DNA from: a virus
DNA length: 64,000 nucleotides
Direction: 5' to 3' (one strand)
Virus record (IMG/VR): IMGVR_UViG_3300031963_000075
Coordinates: 1-64,000 of that record
Part shown: in pieces, positions 50,001-56,987 of the stretch
How the letters are laid out: each line of letters begins with the position of its first letter
How positions within the stretch are numbered: the stretch's first letter is position 1
Translations under genes and position numbers: made by a program
The notes under the pieces: model-generated
Told to the model about the DNA's origin: nothing
The model's input: only the letters and a program-made list of their open reading frames with translations
Databases searched by the model: none

Positions 50001-50337
50001 TAGTTGTAATAGACCAAGAAGGACCAGCGTCGTATCCTGATAGACCTAATATTCTTGAGACAAAAAGTTGATTTGATTGTTGTAAATAAGATTTAGCAAT
50101 ATATGCTGCTTCATATTTAGGTATTTGGGTGTTAACGAATTTTTCTGGAGATGTTCCCCCAAAGTAAGATTGGAATTCTTCGTAGTTTCTAATAAAAATA
50201 GGTTCGAAAGCCGGTCCTTTCAGGGTTTCTCCAGCAATCCCAAGAGTAGTAACACCAACACTTTGTGCTACAAAACTCAAATCTACTTCAGAAGTATAGA
50301 CACCTGGTGAAACAAAAATTTTACTATTAGTTGCCAT
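47005..50337 (-). CDS. Contractile tail sheath protein (T4 gp18-like) with large insertions
   Basis: 1110 aa; FVSPGVYTSEVD, KGPAFEP, PWFAAAGYTRG, INPIATF, WGNKTLQ, LDRINVRRLL, IKPTRSLEFI. Confidence 0.95.
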   Translation of the reverse strand: MATNSKIFVSPGVYTSEVDLSFVAQSVGVTTLGIAGETLKGPAFEPIFIRNYEEFQSYFGGTSPEKFVNTQIPKYEAAYIAKSYLQQSNQLFVSRILGLSGYDAGPSWSITTSANVDPTTINPYCLSAVTPSGSCEPVCILPKTIPFTVEFTGCTNGVSSVIFESFPDEIEVLLNEQYEQFNGNTSTLLSDLQFFAYQRILNPATEETSIAYFGSIDGDDYDILSSGYTASTNVFNVPSPSASLTDFTSPFNDTWYYALFENIGNAEYSGFSFWSVVSGLTNINPITTSTTTPAPTPEPTPNPCITPTPVVPTTTTTTTVVDCFSGTMIGMIYVYSGMAYTNYDDLVVATLRSRGISTYSDENNPRYEITGITDVTMDCTGQYESVLKNPFAKFAINATNYLGNNFTFVTSFSTSDSEYISKVFGGNNFGKPRNVVPLFVEERFQTMLRWAYNKGYIRGLKCDLISLPEAQSEDPTSIGWYLERYQSPESPWVVSEVRGSKVYNLFKFYTISDGNSANTEVKISISDISFANETFTVLVRDYYDTDSNPVVLEKYTNCSMNPQENNFIAKKVGTLDGEFELKSRYIMVEMNEDAPIDALPCGFEGYNFREYSGGKSPFPIFKTKYDFPGELVFNPPFGTPSGTDDAGLSSGDNIRKTFLGFSTSADYGYDPSFFEYVGKRNPSNICFATESSPWLYRTRGFHMDKNASGITISNGFSTSGEPRFYVGSADFSSEPVVDTNPYYRLFARKFTLLVQGGFDGWDIYRERRTNEDKYVLGRTGYLNGACATTRYPNAVGWGAFKQISVGDGTTDYANTDYYAYLLGIRTFSNPEAVNINLFVTPGIDYVNNSNLVESTIEMIETERADSLYITTTPDYNLLLPTTTGADGLIYPQEAVDNLEETGIDSNYTATYYPWVLTRDSVNNTQIYIPPTAEVTRNLALTDNIAFPWFAAAGYTRGIVNSIKARKKLTQEDRDVLYLGRINPIATFSDVGTVIWGNKTLQVRESALDRINVRRLLLQARKLISAVSVRLLFDQNDEKVRQDFLNAVNPILDGIRRDRGLYDFRVTVSNDTADLDRNQMTGKIYIKPTRSLEFIDITFYITPTGASFEDV

Positions 50338-50376
50338 AATTTTTTAGTTTAATTTATTATTATATTTTATTTTATA

Positions 50377-50428
50377 TATAAATACCCAAGATTTAGGCAA
50401 AAACTTTACTTCTAACAAACTATTTATA
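50377..50428. promoter_or_regulatory. Back-to-back TATTTATA putative late promoter motifs (sheath on -, RHH gene on +)
   Basis: TATAAATA at 50377-50384 and TATTTATA at 50421-50428 on the + strand; the same motif precedes about 17 genes in the window. Confidence 0.6.
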
Positions 50429-50463
50429 TCTTGGTATGATTTTATTCTGCCTTTTTTCTACCT

Positions 50464-50625
50464 ATGGAAAAAGATTCAAAAAAAATAAAAAATTTGAAGA
50501 TTTCTGTTGATGCTCACGATACTTTAAAAAAATATTGTGACAAAAGAGGTATTAAAATGTACAAGTTTTTAGAAAACTTAATTTATGAAAAGTGTAAAGA
50601 AAAAAAAGATATTTACGGTGAATAA
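50464..50625 (+). CDS. Small ribbon-helix-helix-like DNA-binding protein (not in ORF track)
   Basis: 53 aa MEKDSKKIKNLKISVDAHDTLKKYCDKRGIKMYKFLENLIYEKCKEKKDIYGE; alternating beta strand, helix, Gly turn, helix. Confidence 0.7.
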   Translation: MEKDSKKIKNLKISVDAHDTLKKYCDKRGIKMYKFLENLIYEKCKEKKDIYGE

Positions 50626-51657
50626 TTAAATTAACTTTTGTTGGAAAACTAATACAGAATCTTTGGTAATATCATCTTTGATAATATCTATTCTCAGATT
50701 GTCACTTGTATTAATTTGTATTTCAGAAATATCTTGACCATAAAAGTCATCATTAATATAAACCTCATAAGAATCTACGTTATTTATTTCAGAAACTTTT
50801 AAGTCAGTAGTGTAATAAATTATATCGGATTTGGAATCTGACCCTACACTGAATTTGAAAGTAAAATCCAACGGTTCTTCAGGATTTTTCTTTTTTCTTT
50901 TCTTTTTTATCGATTCATCAACCTCATACATTTGTATTGTTCTGACAATAGCAGGTTGTACTTCAAACTCGTCCTCATCTAATAATATCCCTTGTAAAGT
51001 CATTGGGTATTTTTGCATATAAAACTTTCTTTTTTCTAAATCTAATACTGATTCGTCAGAAGCGTCACTCATTATAATCGGAAGATAATGACCTTTTATA
51101 TTTTGATACGCTTGTCTTGATGCAAACGTCTGCATTATCTTTTTATTAAACTCATTTATTTCTCTCATTCTATTACAAATTATTATAACAGTATAATTTA
51201 TTTGTACTGGTATTGGTTGAGGTATTTTATAAACGTCTAATCCATGTCTTTGACCGTCCCAAGTTGGTACTTGAGCATAATGATATAGTCTTCTATTTGG
51301 TATATTATATTTTATTGATGGTTCTCCGAATTTAACTTCTGGTTGTCTGACTACTGTAATAAAAGGAGGTTCGGCATTTTTATCAATATTTTGGAAGTCC
51401 CAAGTTTCAGTGAATTGAGACCAATTTTGTGTTGTTATCAAAATATCTATCATCGGGATTTTTTTCCCATCAACCGTTACTGTAAAATTTTCATTTACAA
51501 AATCTAAAAACCCTCTATCTAAATCGGCATGTAATAGTCCTTTTGGTAAAAACGTACCTTTCTCCATTATCATATCCGTCAATTCATGTCTCCTTTCCAA
51601 TGGACCGACAGGAAATTTGAGTGATATATTCTTTTTTATTTTTTTCGGTAAACCCAT
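50626..51657 (-). CDS. Tail completion/terminator protein (T4 gp15-like)
   Basis: 343 aa; PFITVVR, IPQPIPVQINYTVII...EINEF; between neck and sheath genes. Confidence 0.55.
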   Translation of the reverse strand: MGLPKKIKKNISLKFPVGPLERRHELTDMIMEKGTFLPKGLLHADLDRGFLDFVNENFTVTVDGKKIPMIDILITTQNWSQFTETWDFQNIDKNAEPPFITVVRQPEVKFGEPSIKYNIPNRRLYHYAQVPTWDGQRHGLDVYKIPQPIPVQINYTVIIICNRMREINEFNKKIMQTFASRQAYQNIKGHYLPIIMSDASDESVLDLEKRKFYMQKYPMTLQGILLDEDEFEVQPAIVRTIQMYEVDESIKKKRKKKNPEEPLDFTFKFSVGSDSKSDIIYYTTDLKVSEINNVDSYEVYINDDFYGQDISEIQINTSDNLRIDIIKDDITKDSVLVFQQKLI

Positions 51658-51660
51658 ATT

Positions 51661-52173
51661 TTACAATCCTCTAAATTCGTTAGAACTAACTGGGGATGCT
51701 ATTATAGTTCTATAAAAAGGTTTATAACCTTTATAATTATGTTTTATGTCTGACACTACCCTACCATCATTTACAACGGTGTAATACCTAACAAAATTTT
51801 CAGTTTCATAATAACCAATGTAATCACCAAAACTAATATCAATATTTAATTCTTCCAATGTCTTTAAGTACACTGAAACTGTAATATTACCTGGTTCAAC
51901 TTGGTCAACTCTAGATGACCCCAACATTTTATTTTCGGGAGCGGCAATACCAATGTACGCATTAAACTCAACAGGTGGTAAATATATTATACCATCAGTA
52001 AGGGTTTCCCCATATACATCATCCTTTTTAGTTTTTGTCCTATCAACTCTATAAAGAACACAAGTGTAATTCATATCACCTATTAACCACTCTTGACCCA
52101 TTCCAATTTCTAAATTGAAGTCGTTATCACCAAAAAACTTACCAAGTCTCGTTATAGGAACTTTATTGTTCAT
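51661..52173 (-). CDS. Neck/head-closure protein (T4 gp14-like)
   Basis: 170 aa; VLYRVD...DDVYGE...PPVEF, ISFGDYIGY; position. Confidence 0.6.
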   Translation of the reverse strand: MNNKVPITRLGKFFGDNDFNLEIGMGQEWLIGDMNYTCVLYRVDRTKTKKDDVYGETLTDGIIYLPPVEFNAYIGIAAPENKMLGSSRVDQVEPGNITVSVYLKTLEELNIDISFGDYIGYYETENFVRYYTVVNDGRVVSDIKHNYKGYKPFYRTIIASPVSSNEFRGL

Positions 52174-52223
52174 GAAGTATTTTCTTGATAAATATCTTTT
52201 TTATTATTATTTTTTATCTAAAA

Positions 52224-53987
52224 TTGGTTTTGGACAATATTAAACCTCTCATAGAACATCAAGCTTTAGAAATATTAGACACCTATTCTGGTGCAAATAA
52301 CTATATTTTATCTTTGAGACAAAAAAAGGAATCAAATAAAAAATTTTACCCAACAAGGACACAATCAGACTACATTAATAATTACCATACTGTAACACCA
52401 AAAGTTGCTCGTAAATGGGTTGAGTTAGATACATATTTTGCAAAAAAGTTTGCGGAAGAAAAATATCTTTTACAGACTCCTGAAAAAATATATATAGAAA
52501 AGTTATTAGTAGAAAAAGAAAAATCATATCACATTTGGGGAAAATTTTTCGAAAAGGACGTACTATCTGAATTTTGGGTGCCTAAATCGGCATTGATTAA
52601 ATCTCACACAATTGAGAAAGTTGAGATTGATTATTCTAAATATGAACATCGTCCTCCACTTTCACACCAAAAAGAAGCGATAGAAAAATTGGTTGGTTCT
52701 CGTAGATTTATATTAGCCGATGATATGGGACTTGGTAAGACCACATCTACAATTATTGCCGCTTTAGAAACAGGAGCAAAAAAGATTTTAATTATTTGTC
52801 CCGCATCACTTAAAATCAACTGGCAAAGGGAGATTGAGAACTACTCAGATAGGAGTGTGTTTATTTCAGAAGGAAAAAAGTTTTCAACTGAGTCAGATTT
52901 TGTTATAGTAAATTATGATATTTTAAAAAATTTCCATGATTTAAAAGACAGTGAAAATTCTTTATTAAATCAATCCGACTTTGAACTTGTAATATTAGAT
53001 GAAGCACATATGGTGTCTAATGCTCAGGCGCAAAGAACAAAAATAATTAATCACTTTGTTAAAAAAATTAAAAGAGTTTGGTTATTAACAGGAACACCGA
53101 TGACTTCTCGACCAATGAACTATTATAATCTTTTGAGTATCATCGAAAGTCCCGTCGCACAGAATTGGATGGCTTATGCTATCCGATACTGTCAGGGATA
53201 TCAGTTTAAGGCGGGGAATAGAAAGGTATGGAACGTTCAAGGGGCATCAAATCTTGAGGAATTAAAAGATAGAACTTCAAAACAAATACTTCGTAGATTA
53301 AAAGAAGAGGTGTTGGATTTACCTGATAAAATCATAACTCCTGTTTATTTGAGAACCTCATCAAAAGAATATAAAGATTTAATGGGTGAGTATTACGAAT
53401 GGTTAGATAATCGTAAAGAAGAATCGTCATCACTTACCATTCAGTTTTCTAAACTTATGAAAGTAAGAAAGGTAATTGCAAATGAAAAAGTAAGACAAAC
53501 AATTGAATTTGCCGAAAATATTATAGAACAAGGAAAGAAAGTCATTATTTTTACAAACTTTACAGACACTCTACAATTAATCCATAATCATTTTGGTAAA
53601 CAGTCAGTTTATTTAGATGGGAGTTGTAATAAAGTTCAAAGACAATATGCGGTAGATCAATTCCAAGATAATGAAAAAATTAAAGTTTTTGTTGGTAATT
53701 TGAAAGCGGCAGGTGTTGGACTTACGTTGACGGCAGCTGAAGTTGTTATTATGAATGACTTATCTTTTGTTCCCGCAGAACACGCACAAGCAGAAGATAG
53801 AGCTTATAGATATGGACAAAAAAATAATGTATTAGTTTATTATCCTATATTTGAGAACACAATAGAAGGTGCAATATATGACATACTAAATAAGAAGAAG
53901 AAAATCATAGGAACTGTAATGGGGGATGAAGTTTCTGACTCAATAGATGTCGTAGAAGAAATTTTAAATTTAATTAATTTACGTTAA
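52224..53987 (+). CDS. SNF2-family (HARP/SMARCAL1-like) helicase
   Basis: ILADDMGLGKT, LVILDEAH, LLTGTP, AAGVGLTLT, QAEDRAYRYGQ; start uncertain (TTG at 52224 assumed). Confidence 0.9.
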   Translation: MVLDNIKPLIEHQALEILDTYSGANNYILSLRQKKESNKKFYPTRTQSDYINNYHTVTPKVARKWVELDTYFAKKFAEEKYLLQTPEKIYIEKLLVEKEKSYHIWGKFFEKDVLSEFWVPKSALIKSHTIEKVEIDYSKYEHRPPLSHQKEAIEKLVGSRRFILADDMGLGKTTSTIIAALETGAKKILIICPASLKINWQREIENYSDRSVFISEGKKFSTESDFVIVNYDILKNFHDLKDSENSLLNQSDFELVILDEAHMVSNAQAQRTKIINHFVKKIKRVWLLTGTPMTSRPMNYYNLLSIIESPVAQNWMAYAIRYCQGYQFKAGNRKVWNVQGASNLEELKDRTSKQILRRLKEEVLDLPDKIITPVYLRTSSKEYKDLMGEYYEWLDNRKEESSSLTIQFSKLMKVRKVIANEKVRQTIEFAENIIEQGKKVIIFTNFTDTLQLIHNHFGKQSVYLDGSCNKVQRQYAVDQFQDNEKIKVFVGNLKAAGVGLTLTAAEVVIMNDLSFVPAEHAQAEDRAYRYGQKNNVLVYYPIFENTIEGAIYDILNKKKKIIGTVMGDEVSDSIDVVEEILNLINLR

Positions 53988-54028
53988 TTTTTTTTAAATG
54001 ATTATACTATTTATAATAAAAAATTGTT

Positions 54029-54331
54029 ATGAATAGATTGAACGAAAGAAAATTAGAAAGACTTTTAAGAAGAATAGTTAAAGAAGAGGAAGTAAATTTA
54101 TCGGCAGATGTTGAGTTACTAAAAACTCACAGTAACATACCTGGATGTGACCCAGAAAGATTGGACTTCCAAAAATGTTCAACAGAAGCATTTAAAACTT
54201 TACCAGCACCTGAGTTTGTAAAATTGTTTGAAAAATTATCTCAACAATCAGATGAACCATTAGAAAACCCAATGGATTCAATGGGTGAAATGTCAGAGTC
54301 TCGAAGAAGATATTATAGAAATAGATACTAA
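54029..54331 (+). CDS. Hypothetical protein with LNE...RRIVKEE leader
   Basis: 100 aa; own TATTTATA motif and terminator; Arg/Tyr-rich C-terminal tail. Confidence 0.65.
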   Translation: MNRLNERKLERLLRRIVKEEEVNLSADVELLKTHSNIPGCDPERLDFQKCSTEAFKTLPAPEFVKLFEKLSQQSDEPLENPMDSMGEMSESRRRYYRNRY

Positions 54332-54356
54332 AATCTGTTATTAAACCAAAACAACT

Positions 54357-54380
54357 AACCTCGTCTAACGAGGTTTTTTT
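54357..54380 (+). terminator. Intrinsic terminator
   Basis: AACCTCGT-CTA-ACGAGGTT followed by TTTTT. Confidence 0.8.
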
Positions 54381-54402
54381 GTTTAAAGAATATTTATCAT
54401 TA

Positions 54403-55497
54403 ATGAATGTTACTTTTAAAAATATAAAATGTAAGTTAAATACAAAACAAAAAAATCTATTTAAAGATTTTTGTAAATTTTTACAAAAAAACTATGGTTT
54501 AAAAGATGATTTAATAATTTCATTTGTTGGTGAACGTATCGGTAAAATGACAACTGGTAGTCAACACGTAAAAAAAGGAATTAAAATACTAATTAATAAT
54601 AGAATGAATAGAGACATTCTGAGAACTATGGCTCACGAATGGATTCATGTATATCAAAGAAATGTATTAGGGAGAGAAAGAGGTCCAGACATTGGTGGAA
54701 AAAATGAAAACGAAGCAAATGCATTAGCTGGTTCTCTTTTAAAAAAATTTGAATCAAAAAATCCTAACATGGATGGAATAATTTATGAAGAGGTTAAACC
54801 AATACAAAATAAAATAAATTTATTACAAGAGCAAATATTATTAATAGATGGGGAAAAATTAAGGAATGAATTTATAAATGAAATGAAAAAAATAGGAATA
54901 GAAAAATTACCTTATTCATATTCATCATTAAGAAATTTTGTTGACCCAAAAACAATGAACATACATTATAATAAACATTATAAGGGTTATGTAAAAAAAT
55001 TAAACGATGCTTTATCGGATAAAAAATATGGTGATTTAGAATTAGAAGAAATTATTTTATCGGTTAGTAAATATGATGATGTTGTAAGAAATAATGCTGG
55101 AGGTGCTTTTAATCACGCTCTGTTTTGGAAAATGTTATCACCAAAAAAACAAGTCCCTAAAAAAGAGATTCTTGAAAAGATTAATAAGGATTTCGGTAAT
55201 ATTAAAAAAATGAAAGATGAGTTCAACGAAGAGTCCAAAAAAAGGTTTGGTTCAGGATGGTGTTGGTTGATAATTACAAAAAATAAAAAATTAAAAATTA
55301 TATCCACACCAAATCAAGACAATCCTCTGATGAATATTATAAAAGGAGGGGGATATCCTGTCTTGGGACTTGATTTATGGGAACACGCATATTATTTAAA
55401 ATACCAAAATAAAAGAGATGAATATATCAAAAACTTTTGGAATCATGTAAATTGGGATTTTGTTAATGAACTATTTTTGTCCCGAATAGATAATTGA
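54403..55497 (+). CDS. sodA: Fusion of N-terminal zincin-like (HExxH) domain and Fe/Mn superoxide dismutase
   Basis: MAHEWIH...ENEANA; then LPYSY, IHYNKH, NNAGGAFNH, FGSGW, NQD, DLWEHAYY; likely ATG at 54403. Confidence 0.88.
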   Translation: MNVTFKNIKCKLNTKQKNLFKDFCKFLQKNYGLKDDLIISFVGERIGKMTTGSQHVKKGIKILINNRMNRDILRTMAHEWIHVYQRNVLGRERGPDIGGKNENEANALAGSLLKKFESKNPNMDGIIYEEVKPIQNKINLLQEQILLIDGEKLRNEFINEMKKIGIEKLPYSYSSLRNFVDPKTMNIHYNKHYKGYVKKLNDALSDKKYGDLELEEIILSVSKYDDVVRNNAGGAFNHALFWKMLSPKKQVPKKEILEKINKDFGNIKKMKDEFNEESKKRFGSGWCWLIITKNKKLKIISTPNQDNPLMNIIKGGGYPVLGLDLWEHAYYLKYQNKRDEYIKNFWNHVNWDFVNELFLSRIDN

Positions 55498-55521
55498 AAT
55501 ATTTATATAAAAACAATCATT

Positions 55522-56646
55522 ATGTCTATTATAAGCAATGAAGAAAGAGAAAAACTCTACAAAAGAGTAAGACACGTATTGGGTGCTCCACTTAGGTCAG
55601 TTGAATTAGAAGATGAGCAACTTGACACTCTTTTGGAATTCTCCATTGAGGACTATTCGCAATACATACAAGAATGGTTGACTGAAAGTCAATGGACAAG
55701 TTTATGGGGATTAAACGTTGAAACCCAATCTTTAACAAATGCCTTCATGACTAAAAGTTTGGATTACGAAACAAGATATACTTATGCGTATTCAAAAATT
55801 GTAGGTTTGCAAGCCGGAGGTGATTGGGTACTAAAAAAAGATTATATTCAATTAGAACGAGGACAACAAATTTATGAGATACCTGCGGGTCGAGAATTAA
55901 ACGAATTGTTGTGGTTTACTCCACCAGAAATGAATAACCTTCTGTTCGATCCTTGGGCCTTTGGAGGTATTGCTGGTGGTGGTATATCAGGACCTGCAGG
56001 ATACGCACAAGTTGGTAACGTGTCAGGTAGTTATTTCTTAATGCCAGCATTTGATATGTTGTTGAGAATGCAAGAAATAAATATACAAAAAAGAATAATT
56101 GCTGGTGACTTAACTTATCGTGTGACCGCACTACCTAACGGAAAAAAAGGTATACACTTAATGAATACACCTGGAGGTAAATTTGATTTTGGTAACTCAA
56201 CTTTGATGAAAGGTAAAGTTTGGTATTGGTATTACGACACAAACGATGCTGATAGAGATAAATGTTTAAAAGATAATCCTGACATTATAAAACTTCCTTC
56301 GGATGTACCTTTTGATAAAATAAGTTGGAACGATTTAAATAATCCTTCTCAAATTTGGGTTAGAAGATGGTTTGTTGCTTCAGCAAAAGAACTATTATCA
56401 AAAGTTAGAGGTAAATTTAGTGGTAATTTGAAAACTCCTGATGGTGACCTAACTATGGATTATGCAACTTTAGCAACAGAAGGTAAAGACGAAAAAACTA
56501 AATTACTTGAGGAGTTGACAGGAGCTGAAGGAAGATTAACAAGACTTAGACCTGATAAAGTTTTAGAAAGAGAGGCATTAATTGCTGAAAATCTTAACAA
56601 GACTTTGAAGTTTAGAGCTATGCCAAGACAAATATACGTAATATGA
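55522..56646 (+). CDS. Neck/head-tail adaptor protein (T4 gp13-like)
   Basis: 374 aa; LGAPLRSVELEDEQL start, WVRRWFVASAKELLSKVRGKF. Confidence 0.75.
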   Translation: MSIISNEEREKLYKRVRHVLGAPLRSVELEDEQLDTLLEFSIEDYSQYIQEWLTESQWTSLWGLNVETQSLTNAFMTKSLDYETRYTYAYSKIVGLQAGGDWVLKKDYIQLERGQQIYEIPAGRELNELLWFTPPEMNNLLFDPWAFGGIAGGGISGPAGYAQVGNVSGSYFLMPAFDMLLRMQEINIQKRIIAGDLTYRVTALPNGKKGIHLMNTPGGKFDFGNSTLMKGKVWYWYYDTNDADRDKCLKDNPDIIKLPSDVPFDKISWNDLNNPSQIWVRRWFVASAKELLSKVRGKFSGNLKTPDGDLTMDYATLATEGKDEKTKLLEELTGAEGRLTRLRPDKVLEREALIAENLNKTLKFRAMPRQIYVI

Positions 56647-56987
56647 CAAATATACCACAAAGAAAAAATGTTATTAGGTATCAAAACACAATTGATATTC
56701 CTAAAATTGATGACAAGGCGGTTATTATTTCCGCTAAAGAGTATTGGACTAGAGATGAAAACTTATTAATTGTAAGAGGAGTGGATTCATCCGAAGTTAC
56801 TTTAAACTCAATTATAACTAAAAGAATAATAATAAAGTCATTGACTCAAGTTTTAGTTAAATCAGACACAGGTTTAATTGATGAGGAATGGGATGAGCTC
56901 CTTTTGGAAAAAGGAGCTTGCGTACAATTTCAGTTCGTAGAAGGTAATTGGTATATACTATCCTCCGACGGTCTCAAAATGTCTTAA
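56643..56987 (+). CDS. Small protein with fibre-type C-terminal domain
   Basis: 114 aa; VTL...IIIK...LIDE...GNWYIL resembles the C-terminus of 713..1246. Confidence 0.55.
   Translation: MTNIPQRKNVIRYQNTIDIPKIDDKAVIISAKEYWTRDENLLIVRGVDSSEVTLNSIITKRIIIKSLTQVLVKSDTGLIDEEWDELLLEKGACVQFQFVEGNWYILSSDGLKMS

Noticed and set aside
1481-50310. Many short plus-strand ORFs in the ORF track (e.g. 4809..5177, 40082..40669, 44693..45286)
   Set aside because: They lie antisense within long motif-bearing genes and lack motifs or upstream signals, so they are shadow ORFs
56958-56987. TAG stop of polB overlapping the convergent gene, suggesting stop-codon reassignment
   Set aside because: Very long ORFs are intact under the standard code, with no fragmentation at TAG or TGA; this is a simple 30 bp convergent overlap
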